A stretch of DNA of 59,783 bases from positions 1 to 59,783 of the forward strand of contig CAZKPE010000003.1 of the NCBI GenBank assembly GCA_964554545.1, written 5' to 3'. This document shows positions 46,100-55,535 of the stretch, piece after piece. Position numbers and translations under genes: made by a program. Position 1 is the first letter of the stretch; each line of letters starts with the position of its first letter. A model generated the notes under the pieces. That model worked only from the letters and a program-made list of their open reading frames with translations. It made no database searches and had not been told where the DNA came from. The stretch comes from an uncultured Lewinella sp. GTDB taxonomy: Bacteria; Bacteroidota; Bacteroidia; Chitinophagales; Saprospiraceae.

Positions 46100-49000
46100 A
46101 TGAAACAACGATTACCTTTTCTATCGGTATTGCTACTGATCACGACCGGAGTTTTCGCACAGCGTAGTCTGAACGGTACGGTTGCTGATGCTGACGGACC
46201 CCTTATCGGGGCAACGGTCATGGCTGAGGGTACGACCATCGGTACCGTGACGGACTTCGATGGGAACTGGACTTTATCCGTGCCCGATGACATTCCTAAC
46301 CTCATTGTAACCTATACGGGCTACGAAGGGCTTACGGTAGCTATCGGCCCCGAGAGCGCCTACGCAATTACCCTGGAAGAGTCGGCACTCGACCTGAGCG
46401 AGGTAGTAGTTACGGCCCTGGGGGTTAAGCGGGAGAAGAAGTCGCTGGGCTACGCCGTACAGGACATCGACGGGGCGGCCGTGGAGCAGACGCGGAGTAC
46501 GAATGTGGTCAACGGGCTATCTGGTCGGGTGGCGGGGCTGCAGATCTCGGCGGCTAACGTACCCGGGGGCGGTTCCCAGGTGACGATCCGGGGGAACTCC
46601 TCCGTACTTGGAAATAACCAGCCACTATATGTCATCGATGGCGTACCGATGGAGGGCGACTTCGCCGCACCCATTGACGGGGCGGCCGGTAATAACGTCT
46701 ACGGTGGCGGTATTTCGGAGATCAGCCCCGACAATATTGAGTCCATCACGGTATTGAAGGGGGCCAATGCCGCCGCCCTTTACGGGAGCCGGGCCGCGAA
46801 CGGCGTCATCCTGGTCACGACGAAGAATGGTAGCGGGGCCGAGGGGCTGACGCTGAGCTACGCCGGTAGTTTCACGGTAGAAAATCCCTTTATCACCCCG
46901 GAGTTTCAGAACACCTACGGCGGCGGCACGGGAGGCGTGACGTGGTACGCAGACGGTCGCAACGGCGGGATCACCGACCCCCTGGCCGTTGAGCAGTTCC
47001 GTAGCGTATACCCCAATGCGCCCCTGGTCGGTACGGCCGGTGTGGACGAAAGTTGGGGGGCACCGATGGATGGCCGGTTGGTGCGGCAGTGGTATACCGG
47101 TACCGAGGTCGCACCACTAGTGCCCGTGCCCGATAGCTGGGATAACTTCTGGCAGCGGGGGCAGACCGCCAACAATACAGTCAGCATCTCCAATAACTAC
47201 GGCAGCGGCAACTTCCGCTTCAGCTTCGGTCGGGTAGATACCCGGGGCATTCTGCACAATAACGACTACGAGCGTAACAACTTCCGGCTCAACCTGGAAC
47301 AGGAGCTAGCCCCGAAATTGAAGGTATCGGTGAGCTCGGAGTACATCAAGTCCGGCTCGGACAACCGGCAGCAGCCGATCCTCTGGGAACTGGGTACCTG
47401 GCATAACCGCCACGTGGACTGGGGGCAGCTCAAAGACTACGAGCAATATATGGACGTCCACATCACGCGGGAGGATGACGTATACCCCTATGCCAACTGG
47501 CAGCACAGCTTTGCCATGAACCGCTTTTACGAGCAGGAGGTACTGACCGATGCGAATGAGAAAGACCGGCTACTCGGTAATATCGCCTTCACGTACGAAT
47601 TTTTACCGAGCCTGAGCCTGATGGTCCGGGGCGGTACGGACCTCTGGACGGACACCCGCCGCTCCGTCACCCGTAACGAGCGCATCAAGAGCGGGACCGA
47701 GCGTACGCAAGCCTTCAGCGAGGACGTGCTGCGCCGGCAAGAGACCAATCTGGACTTCATCCTGTCCTACAACAACTACTTCGGGGAAGACTTCAGCCTC
47801 TCGGCCCAGGGCGGCGGCGTCCACCGCTCGAATTACTACAAGCGGAACTACATTGGCGTCAACGATGCTACGATCAACGGGCTCTACAACGTCAGCAACA
47901 ACGCCAGCCAGAACACCAACGTAAGCCGGATCGAGGAGAAGGAGGTCAACAGCTTCTTCGGCTCGGCCAGCCTGGGTTTCCGCAACTTCCTCTACGTCGA
48001 CGTGACGGCCCGTAACGACTGGTCGAGTACGCTACCGGTGGAAAACAACAGTTACTTCTACCCCTCGGTGAGCCTGAGTGGGGTGATCACCGATGCCCTG
48101 AAGATGAACAGCCCCATCCTGAGCTACGCCAAGGTACGGGCCAGCTGGGCCCAGGTAGGTTCGGATACTGACCCCTACCGGCTGCGTCAGGTTTTTCAGC
48201 CGGACGTACCCTGGAATGCTACCACCCCCGTTTTCCGTCAGCAGAGTGCCATTGCCAGCAGTGATCTACGACCGGAGCGCACCACCGGGAAGGAGGCCGG
48301 CCTCGACCTGCGCTTCCTGAACGGTCGGATCGGCCTGGACTTCACTTACTACGAGCAGACCACCGAAGATCAGATCATCAATATCGCCGTGAGTCGGGCT
48401 ACCGGCTTCGATAGTAAGCTCATCAATGCCGGCCGGGTACGGAACCGGGGCGTGGAGTTGGTACTGACCGGGGCGGTGATCGATCTTCCCAAATTCGGCT
48501 GGGACGTGACCGTCAACTACGCCCGCAACCGCAACGAGGTACTGGAACTCTTCACCGACGAGAACGGGAACGAACTGGAAACCATCGTACTGACCAGTCG
48601 CCGCGGACTCAGCCTGGAGGCCCGGGTAGGACAGCCCTACGGGACACTCTTCGGTAGTGGGTTTGCGCGGGTACCCGAGGGGCCACTGGCCGGCCAGATC
48701 CTGTTCGAGGACGGAGTGCCGGTGAAGGACCCCGACCTGAAGGTACTGGGTAATGTTACCCCGGACTGGATCGGCGGGCTCAGCAACACCTTCCGGCTGG
48801 GGGCCTTTCGGGCCAGTTTCCTGATCGACGCCAAGCTCGGCGGGGAGATCGCCGAAGAAAGCTCTTCGATCGGGATGCAAACGGGTGTGTACCCCATGAC
48901 CGCGATCGGGCGGGAGGAAGGCGTGATCGGCCTGGGTGCCCAGAATCTGGGCAGTGAGGAGGCCCCGATCTACGCACCCAATGACGTGGTCGCCCCCACC

Positions 49001-49306
49001 CGAAACGTGGTGGGAGCCCTGAGCGTACGCTACGCTAACGAAGGGGCCATTTTCGACGCGAGCTACGTCAAGTTGCGGGAAGCCGCCCTAACCTACGCGC
49101 TGCCGGCTGCGCTGACCGAGCGTATTGCCTTCGTCAAAGGAGCCAGCATTAGCATCATCGGCCGCAACCTGGCGATGCTGTACAGTAACCATAGTCAGAT
49201 CGACCCGGAATTTAATGTCTACGGGGGGAATTTGCAGGGGGCGCTCTACTACACGACGATACCGAGTACGCGGAGTTTTGGGGTGAATTTGAACCTCACC
49301 TTTTAG
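46100..49306 (+). CDS. SusC/RagA family TonB-dependent transporter
   Basis: GTVTDFDG, LSEVVVTALG, PLYVIDGVP, VLKGANAAALYGSRAANGVILVTTK and C-terminal GVNLNLTF. Confidence 0.96.
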   Translation: MKQRLPFLSVLLLITTGVFAQRSLNGTVADADGPLIGATVMAEGTTIGTVTDFDGNWTLSVPDDIPNLIVTYTGYEGLTVAIGPESAYAITLEESALDLSEVVVTALGVKREKKSLGYAVQDIDGAAVEQTRSTNVVNGLSGRVAGLQISAANVPGGGSQVTIRGNSSVLGNNQPLYVIDGVPMEGDFAAPIDGAAGNNVYGGGISEISPDNIESITVLKGANAAALYGSRAANGVILVTTKNGSGAEGLTLSYAGSFTVENPFITPEFQNTYGGGTGGVTWYADGRNGGITDPLAVEQFRSVYPNAPLVGTAGVDESWGAPMDGRLVRQWYTGTEVAPLVPVPDSWDNFWQRGQTANNTVSISNNYGSGNFRFSFGRVDTRGILHNNDYERNNFRLNLEQELAPKLKVSVSSEYIKSGSDNRQQPILWELGTWHNRHVDWGQLKDYEQYMDVHITREDDVYPYANWQHSFAMNRFYEQEVLTDANEKDRLLGNIAFTYEFLPSLSLMVRGGTDLWTDTRRSVTRNERIKSGTERTQAFSEDVLRRQETNLDFILSYNNYFGEDFSLSAQGGGVHRSNYYKRNYIGVNDATINGLYNVSNNASQNTNVSRIEEKEVNSFFGSASLGFRNFLYVDVTARNDWSSTLPVENNSYFYPSVSLSGVITDALKMNSPILSYAKVRASWAQVGSDTDPYRLRQVFQPDVPWNATTPVFRQQSAIASSDLRPERTTGKEAGLDLRFLNGRIGLDFTYYEQTTEDQIINIAVSRATGFDSKLINAGRVRNRGVELVLTGAVIDLPKFGWDVTVNYARNRNEVLELFTDENGNELETIVLTSRRGLSLEARVGQPYGTLFGSGFARVPEGPLAGQILFEDGVPVKDPDLKVLGNVTPDWIGGLSNTFRLGAFRASFLIDAKLGGEIAEESSSIGMQTGVYPMTAIGREEGVIGLGAQNLGSEEAPIYAPNDVVAPTRNVVGALSVRYANEGAIFDASYVKLREAALTYALPAALTERIAFVKGASISIIGRNLAMLYSNHSQIDPEFNVYGGNLQGALYYTTIPSTRSFGVNLNLTF

Positions 49307-49392
49307 TCGGCAGACGAGCCCTGCGCTTCGCGCTGCGGACTCGGCTGACGACTACCAAGCATCGCGCTGCGGTTTCGGTTGACGACTACCAA
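49304..49392. repeat. REP-like hairpin plus 34-bp tandem duplication between susC and susD
   Basis: Units 49325-49358 and 49359-49392 match at 30/34 positions; imperfect stem TAGTCG...CGACTA (49304-49354); GTAG termini on the minus strand. Confidence 0.7.
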
Positions 49393-49402
49393 GAGCAAAC
49401 AC

Positions 49403-49421
49403 TGCACCTGCGTACCCGCAA
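49403..49421 (+). repeat. Degenerate dispersed motif copy TGCACCTGCGTACCCGCAA
   Basis: Intergenic, upstream of the susD start and followed by an A-run like the copy at 37669. Confidence 0.55.
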
Positions 49422-49434
49422 AAAAATTTAAACT

Positions 49435-50922
49435 ATGCGACCCTTACTTTTTTCCCTGGTATTCCTACTGATCTTCACGGCCTGCGACGAGGGCTTCGAG
49501 GAGTTGAATGCCAACCCCAACGAGCCGGAGTTGGTACCCCCAGCTACCGTGTTTCCCTTTGCCGTGCGGGAAGCCGTCGACCGCATCCACGGGCACCGGA
49601 CGAGGAACCAGCGGCTGAACCTGGACGGCGGCATGCTGTGGATGCAGTACTTTGCCCGTAACCAATACGTGAACGAGGGTGACACCTACAACCCCGCCGC
49701 GACCCTACGCGGCAACACCTGGGACGGCTTTTTCACCGAGAGCCTCGTCAATCTGCAAACGGTGATCGAGCTGACCGACGAGCCCGAAGACCGCTACTAC
49801 AACCCGAACTACGCGGCGGCGGCCACCATTATGCGGGAGTACGTCTTCAGCATCCTGACCGATACCTGGGGGGCCATCCCCTACGAGCAGGCGCTGAGCG
49901 GTTCGACGGAGGGAAACCTGGCCCCGGCTTATACGCCGCAGCAAGAGGTCTATGCCGGGATGCTGGCCACCCTGAAGGCGGCCGCCGACCAGCTGGACCC
50001 CGCAGGACCGGGAATCGAAAAGGACATCCTCTTCGGGGGGGATATCCTGAAGTGGCAGAAGTTTGCCAACAGTCTGCGGCTGCGCCTGGCCAACCGGCAG
50101 GCGGAGAAAGCATCCGGAGAAAGCGCCGCGGTCTTTGCGGAAATTATGGGAAATCCCGACGCTTACCCGATCGTGACAGCGGAAGAAGAGGGCCTCTACT
50201 TCAACCCCACCAGCCGGCAGACTGACGAGAATAACAACACCTGGCACGAGGTGATGGTCTTCGACAGCCGGGAGGACTGGTCGATCTCCACCACCTTGAT
50301 TGATGCCATGGCGGACGCCGACGGGAATGCCACCGACCCCCGCCTGGAGGTATACGCCATACCCGCTCAGGCCGGTGTCCGGGCCGGCAAATATGCGGGC
50401 GCACCTAACGGACTGCCGGAGGGGGAGGCCGTGGCCTACTTCACCACCGCTAGCCGGCCGGGAAGTTACTTCACCGGGGAAACGACCCCCGTAGCGCTCC
50501 TCACTTACGCCGAGATTGCCTTCATCCTGGCCGAAGCGGCCCTGGAGGGCGACTACACCGGTGGAGCGGGCGCGGCGGATTACCTGGAGATGGCCATTGT
50601 GGCGGACTTTGGGGAGTTCGGTCTGACCCCGCCGGCTGGCTACCTGGAGGGACTATCCGTCGATAAGGAAACCATCATCACCGAAAAGTGGAAGGGGCTT
50701 TTTCCCCAGGGCATAGAAGCCTGGACGGAATACCGCCGGACCGGCTACCCCGTGCTGCCGGCACCTGACCCGCGGGCCGTGATGGAGAACGACGGCCGCA
50801 TCCCGACCCGCTTACGCTATCCGGAAAGCGAATACAGCCTGAACGGGGCCAACGTCAACGCGGCCGTCGGGATGAATGGCGGTCCGGACAATAAGCTGAC
50901 CGACCTGTGGTGGGCGGAATAG
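49435..50922 (+). CDS. SusD/RagB family lipoprotein
   Basis: Lipobox IFTAC, LTDTWGAIPY, WQKFANSLRLR, EAWTEYRRTGYP and RLRYPESE. Confidence 0.95.
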   Translation: MRPLLFSLVFLLIFTACDEGFEELNANPNEPELVPPATVFPFAVREAVDRIHGHRTRNQRLNLDGGMLWMQYFARNQYVNEGDTYNPAATLRGNTWDGFFTESLVNLQTVIELTDEPEDRYYNPNYAAAATIMREYVFSILTDTWGAIPYEQALSGSTEGNLAPAYTPQQEVYAGMLATLKAAADQLDPAGPGIEKDILFGGDILKWQKFANSLRLRLANRQAEKASGESAAVFAEIMGNPDAYPIVTAEEEGLYFNPTSRQTDENNNTWHEVMVFDSREDWSISTTLIDAMADADGNATDPRLEVYAIPAQAGVRAGKYAGAPNGLPEGEAVAYFTTASRPGSYFTGETTPVALLTYAEIAFILAEAALEGDYTGGAGAADYLEMAIVADFGEFGLTPPAGYLEGLSVDKETIITEKWKGLFPQGIEAWTEYRRTGYPVLPAPDPRAVMENDGRIPTRLRYPESEYSLNGANVNAAVGMNGGPDNKLTDLWWAE

Positions 50923-50942
50923 TACATCCTCAATCATATCGC

Positions 50943-51332
50943 ATGCGTATCCTCATTTTACCCCTGTTGCTGTTCGTACTGACCTCCTGCGTCGATGACG
51001 AGCTGGCATTTTACGTCGAAGCGTCCCCCATCAAGGCGGAGATCACCCGGCTGGACGATCCGGCCCCCGGCCAGGTTGCCTTTCTTGGGCGCTTCACTGA
51101 GCTGGATAAAGACGGTATACTGGATCAGAACGTCGGCATCATCGCCACTCCGGTCGCCGGCCTCTCCCTTGAAGTGCTTTCCCAGGAACAGAACGTGCTT
51201 GCCACCGTCACCACCAATGACGAGGGAGAAACCACATTGATCTTGAATACCGCCGACCTCACGGGAGTGAGCCGCCTGGAATGGGTGGGTGCTTACGATG
51301 GTAGGTCCTTCCGTATCTTAGAAAATCTTTAA
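50943..51332 (+). CDS. Small beta-rich lipoprotein
   Basis: ATG at 50943; lipobox VLTSC followed by acidic VDDE. Confidence 0.75.
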   Translation: MRILILPLLLFVLTSCVDDELAFYVEASPIKAEITRLDDPAPGQVAFLGRFTELDKDGILDQNVGIIATPVAGLSLEVLSQEQNVLATVTTNDEGETTLILNTADLTGVSRLEWVGAYDGRSFRILENL

Positions 51333-51348
51333 CAAATAACACGCTACA

Positions 51349-52521
51349 ATGACTAAGCTACCATCCACCCGCCGCCAGTGGTTGCGCCGTGCCGCTCTGG
51401 CCGGTGCCGGTCTCGCCACGCTCCCCCTCGCCGCCCGCCCCCCCTTGCCGCGCTCCTACACGAGCTTCCGCGAGTACCTTCCTCAACTTGAGTGGGAACG
51501 TAACCGTGCCGGACGGCTGCCCCTGAAGGCCCGTATGCTGGCCAACGAAAATCCCTACGGTCCTTCTCCGATGGCCATCGAGGCCATAGCCAGTAGCGCC
51601 AGTAGCGGGAATCGCTACCAACACGAAGCCGCCATGGAACTTAAGCAGATGATCGCGGACTACGAAGGCGTACCGGTGGACCACATCATGGTCACACCGG
51701 GCTCCTCGGACGTGCTGGAGAAGATGGCCATCGTCCACTTTAAGGAGGGTGGAAACGTGGTAGCCGCCGACCCGGCATATATGTCCCTCATCAAAGTGAC
51801 GATGGGAATGGGCGGTGATTGGAACAGGGTGAAGCTAACCGATGACTGGGCCCACGATCTGCCCGGTATGAAAGCGGCCATCAAAGCGGATACCAAACTG
51901 ATTTATGTCTGTAATCCGAATAACCCGACCGGGACCCTGACCGACCACAATGACCTCAAGCAATTCTGCCGCGACGTGGCGGACCGCGTCCCCGTTTTCG
52001 TGGATGAAGCCTACCTGGAATTTCTGCCGGACTACAAGGAGAAGACAATGGTACCCCTGATCAAAGAGGGGAAGGACGTGATCGTGGCCCGGACCTTTTC
52101 CAAGATTCACGGCATGGCGGGCCTGCGGGTCGGGTACGCCGTTGCCCTTCCTGAAACCCTCGAACGGGTGTACACCATCAGTCGGGGGAACATGGGTCTC
52201 TGTAAAACCTCCCTGGAAGGCGCTATGGCCAGTATGCAGGACGAGCGATTTCAGGAGATCAGCCGTGAGCAGACCGCGGCCTTCCGGGAGCAGGTTTATG
52301 CCGGACTACAGCGATTGGGCCTTTCGTATGTACCCAGCCATACCAGCTTCGTGCTGTTCCCGATCGATATGGCGGGAGATACCTATCTGGAAAAGATGTT
52401 CGATCAGGGTATCGGGGTGCGTGCCTTCGACGTACACGGCAAGGACTACTGCCGCGTCAGTGTCGGTAAACCTGAAGAAGTGGATCTGTTTTTGTCCGCC
52501 CTGGAACGGGTGTTGGTATGA
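51349..52521 (+). CDS. Tat-exported PLP-dependent aminotransferase (HisC-like, class I/II)
   Basis: TRRQWL twin-arginine signal; NENPYGPS, CNPNNPTG, DEAY and RTFSKIHGMAGLRVGY. Confidence 0.9.
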   Translation: MTKLPSTRRQWLRRAALAGAGLATLPLAARPPLPRSYTSFREYLPQLEWERNRAGRLPLKARMLANENPYGPSPMAIEAIASSASSGNRYQHEAAMELKQMIADYEGVPVDHIMVTPGSSDVLEKMAIVHFKEGGNVVAADPAYMSLIKVTMGMGGDWNRVKLTDDWAHDLPGMKAAIKADTKLIYVCNPNNPTGTLTDHNDLKQFCRDVADRVPVFVDEAYLEFLPDYKEKTMVPLIKEGKDVIVARTFSKIHGMAGLRVGYAVALPETLERVYTISRGNMGLCKTSLEGAMASMQDERFQEISREQTAAFREQVYAGLQRLGLSYVPSHTSFVLFPIDMAGDTYLEKMFDQGIGVRAFDVHGKDYCRVSVGKPEEVDLFLSALERVLV

Positions 52522-53609
52522 ATCCAGCGCTACAGAAGACCCTGACGTTTGTCTTGTTGATCCTGGCCGGCTACTTCCTGCAGCGCAAGATTACCGGCAA
52601 ACAGGAATTGAAGGGGGTGAAGGCGATGATCCTGAGCGTCATTCTCCCGGCAACCATCTTCGTGGCACTGCTGCGGGTAGAGATCGCGCCGAGCATGTTA
52701 CTGCTTCCCCTGGCTGCTCTCGGGCTCAATGCTGCGCTCTACGGTATTTCCCGGTGGGTGGTTCCGCGACTTGGCTTCGAGGGGGGCTCGCCTCAGGAGC
52801 GGACGATGCTCCTGTTAGTGCCGTCCCTGGCTCCGGGCTTGAGTTGCTTTCCCTTCATCCTGGAGTACCTGGGCGAAGAATCCCTGGCACTTGCCGCGTT
52901 GGCTGATGTGGGGAATAAAGTCTTCGTCCTGATCATCCTGTACCTCGTGGCTATGCACTGGTTCTACCGTTCGCGGCATGGTACGGAGCAAATTTCGCGG
53001 GGAAGTAAATTGAAGGAGCTGGGGCTATCGTTGCTGCGCGAACCGGTGAACCTAGTCATCTTGCTGGCCATCGGGATGTTGGGACTCGGATATACCGTTG
53101 ACAGCCTGCCGGTCTTCCTTGGCGATACCGTAGCGCGACTGGCCGCCCTGATGACGCCGATCGTGCTGCTGTTCATCGGCATGGCCGTGCGGTTCCAGCG
53201 ACAGGAGATGGCGCTGATATTGCGAACGCTCTGCTACCGGTCTGGTCTGGCTTTCCTGCTAAGTGCCATGCTCGTTTATACGGCAGGGCTGACGGGGCCC
53301 ATGGCTTTACTGGCTGTCATCTTCGCGCAGTGCGCGGTCAGTTTCTGGCCCTATGCTCACATGGCGGCGGCCGAAGCGATGCGAGAGTCGGGTTCGGACC
53401 GCGTATTCGATCTGGACCTGGGGCTAAACGTGCTGGCTTTCTCCTTACCCTTCTCTACCGTTGTAATCCTGACGGTCCTTTCCTTTGGCGATTGGTTCAG
53501 CCACCCACTGACGATCCTGCCCGCTGCTGGCTTGCTGCTGTTAGGACCGGGTATCTACATTGTGCGCGGTTATCTGCCAGCGGGTGAGCTTGGCGATGCC
53601 CGGGCTTAA
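52518..53609 (+). CDS. Putative AEC/Mem_trans-type permease
   Basis: About 10 TM helices; ILPATIFVAL, EPVNLVILL and PIVLLFIGM; ATGA overlap with the upstream gene. Confidence 0.75.
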   Translation: MNPALQKTLTFVLLILAGYFLQRKITGKQELKGVKAMILSVILPATIFVALLRVEIAPSMLLLPLAALGLNAALYGISRWVVPRLGFEGGSPQERTMLLLVPSLAPGLSCFPFILEYLGEESLALAALADVGNKVFVLIILYLVAMHWFYRSRHGTEQISRGSKLKELGLSLLREPVNLVILLAIGMLGLGYTVDSLPVFLGDTVARLAALMTPIVLLFIGMAVRFQRQEMALILRTLCYRSGLAFLLSAMLVYTAGLTGPMALLAVIFAQCAVSFWPYAHMAAAEAMRESGSDRVFDLDLGLNVLAFSLPFSTVVILTVLSFGDWFSHPLTILPAAGLLLLGPGIYIVRGYLPAGELGDARA

Positions 53610-53977
53610 TCATTGTCGCTCCGGTGCCCACCCGTACTGGTTCGACTTCGGACGTAGCGGTTGAAGGAGGCCACGTCCTCTGGTTCGAGATCGTGGTAGC
53701 GGGGGGGGAGCTGGATGAAGTAGGCGGACTCTTCCTTACCTATCTTCGGACTATAGGCCAGTGTATCCGCTTTTTCGCCGGCAAAGAAGAAGGATTGGTG
53801 AATCACATAGAGGGTAGGGGGAGCGAGGTCGGCGTGATCGAGCGGGGACAGCAAGAGGTGGGTGACCTTTGCCTGCGACTGATTCCAGACCAGATCGTGA
53901 ATGCGGGCGATCGCGACACCCTCGGCCGAGTAGACCGTAGCGTCTAAAAGTGCCCTCACGGAAAGAATGTGTCGCAT
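53606..53977 (-). CDS. PRC-barrel-like domain protein
   Basis: LSVRALLDATVYSAEGVAIARIHDLVWN matches the PRC-barrel pattern (degenerate). Confidence 0.6.
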   Translation of the reverse strand: MRHILSVRALLDATVYSAEGVAIARIHDLVWNQSQAKVTHLLLSPLDHADLAPPTLYVIHQSFFFAGEKADTLAYSPKIGKEESAYFIQLPPRYHDLEPEDVASFNRYVRSRTSTGGHRSDND

Positions 53978-53980
53978 AAA

Positions 53981-54430
53981 TCAGACGGAAGTCTGAACGG
54001 CTGCGCGTTTTGCGGTTTTTGCGGCTTTTTTAGCCCGGTTGGCCTGAGCCGAACCGATGATCGCCTGAATGATGGGTACCAAAAGCCGACCTATGCCGAT
54101 GAGCGTAGTCAGGGTCTTGGCTCGACTGCGGCGACGGGGCCGGCGGCCTTTCTTATACGGCCTTCCGTCGGGGTATTCGTGGATTACCTTGGTTTCTTTG
54201 ATCACCGGTTGCTTATTCGAGCCGGAAAGCAGACTGGAGAGGATGGCGAGGCCGGCAACGGCACCCCCTGCCGGCAGGGCTACGCCTTTCAACAGGTAGC
54301 TGCCTAAATTCGTCCGTGTCGTGCCGAGGGTGTGGGCCAACTCGCGTTTGGCCAGTTCGGTTTCCATGCGGACCTGCTTCTTGCGACGTTGCAACTCGGC
54401 CAGGGTGGTTATTTTTGGTTCGGGTACCAT
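53981..54430 (-). CDS. Basic hypothetical protein (YqjK/DUF3618-like position)
   Basis: N-terminal coiled coil ITTLAELQRRKKQVR and two hydrophobic segments; directly follows the holin-like gene. Confidence 0.65.
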   Translation of the reverse strand: MVPEPKITTLAELQRRKKQVRMETELAKRELAHTLGTTRTNLGSYLLKGVALPAGGAVAGLAILSSLLSGSNKQPVIKETKVIHEYPDGRPYKKGRRPRRRSRAKTLTTLIGIGRLLVPIIQAIIGSAQANRAKKAAKTAKRAAVQTSV

Positions 54431-54438
54431 GAGGGGGG

Positions 54439-54807
54439 CTATACTTCTTGGCCGTCGTGTTTAAAGAAGGCTGAAATGACCTTGCTGACGGCAGGGTTGG
54501 TGATCAGTTGTTTTTTCAGCAGCAGGACCAGCAGGAAAATCGCTAGTAGAATGAGAGTCACCAGTCCAAATCCGTAAACGGGGTGATCGAAGGCCAGCAT
54601 GAGGGCCAGTGCCAGCGTAACCAGGGCAAAAATGAGCGTGATGATCCCGATAACGGCGAGAACGATGGCGGTAACGACACCGGATATGACCTTGGCCGAC
54701 GTCTCGGCTACATTGAGTTTAGCGTATTCAATCTTCCTGTCGACGAAGCGATTGACATAGCCATAGCTTTCACCTAACTGCTCGAGGAGTTCTTCTTTTG
54801 CCTGCAT
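54439..54807 (-). CDS. Phage-holin-family (YqjE-like) two-TM protein
   Basis: ATG at 54807; RKIEYAKLNVAE followed by two TM helices. Confidence 0.75.
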   Translation of the reverse strand: MQAKEELLEQLGESYGYVNRFVDRKIEYAKLNVAETSAKVISGVVTAIVLAVIGIITLIFALVTLALALMLAFDHPVYGFGLVTLILLAIFLLVLLLKKQLITNPAVSKVISAFFKHDGQEV

Positions 54808-54830
54808 AGACGGGGCTGGGTTTGCAACAA

Positions 54831-54867
54831 AACGGCCATGCACTGAATCGTTCACTGCATGGCCGTT
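54831..54867 (-). terminator. Intrinsic terminator after ytxH-like gene
   Basis: 12-bp stem AACGGCCATGCA/TGCATGGCCGTT, running into TTTTGTT on the minus strand. Confidence 0.7.
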
Positions 54868-54898
54868 GGTAAATTAAATCGGCGGGACGAAGCAGGAG

Positions 54899-55375
54899 TT
54901 ACTTTTCCGTAGTTTGATCGATACGTTCCCGGTTTTCGTCCATCTTGCGTTCAGCCTTATTCACGCCGCGTTTGAAGCTGGACTCGGCGTTGCTGACCGT
55001 GGATTGAGCGGACTGATTAGCGGCGGTCGCTTTTTCGTCAATGGTCTTCTTCAGTTGTTCAGCCTGGGAGGAGGCCCACCGCTTGCTCTGCTCCAGCTTG
55101 ACCTTGGCTTGGGTAGTCAGGTCGTTCGACTTGACTTTGGCCTGATTGATGTACTCCTGACTTTTCACCTTGGCTTCGTCGACGAGTTGATTGGCCTTGG
55201 TGCTGACTTGCTGGCCGTACTCATTAATCTGGTTGCCGTACTCGTCGAACTGAGCGCGTGCTTTCCGTTGCATGGAGCGACCTTCATTAGAATTCAGGTA
55301 GTAACCGACGGCGATGCCGGCCAGCAATCCGAATCCGAGTGCCCATCCTTTTCCCGAGCTATTATTGTTATCCAT
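54899..55375 (-). CDS. YtxH domain protein
   Basis: ATG at 55375; GFGLLAGIAVGYYLNSNEGR followed by LEA-like helical repeats (QAKVKS). Confidence 0.8.
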   Translation of the reverse strand: MDNNNSSGKGWALGFGLLAGIAVGYYLNSNEGRSMQRKARAQFDEYGNQINEYGQQVSTKANQLVDEAKVKSQEYINQAKVKSNDLTTQAKVKLEQSKRWASSQAEQLKKTIDEKATAANQSAQSTVSNAESSFKRGVNKAERKMDENRERIDQTTEK

Positions 55376-55535
55376 GATGCGTGTATTATACGGTTCGATG
55401 ACGCCAATTTGGTCGTCAATTGTAGATCGTTTGCCCGGTACGATTTGTTCACAGCCCATTTTACCTTTGAGCCGGCCAAAATGGTTACCTTGAGCCTTAT
55501 TCTACGCGCGGTCGTCCCCGTTTAACGTCCATATT

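Noticed and set aside
49325-49392. Mini CRISPR array
   Set aside because: The two 34-bp units are directly adjacent with no spacer, and there are no cas genes.
18895-50774. Weak partial matches to the dispersed motif (about 18901, 31426, 33585, 38873, 42436, 50761)
   Set aside because: They match only 9-12 bp or need indels, which is compatible with chance in GC-rich sequence, so they were not counted.
51349-52521. Calling the aminotransferase hisC
   Set aside because: The twin-arginine export signal and SusCD context argue against a histidine-biosynthetic role.
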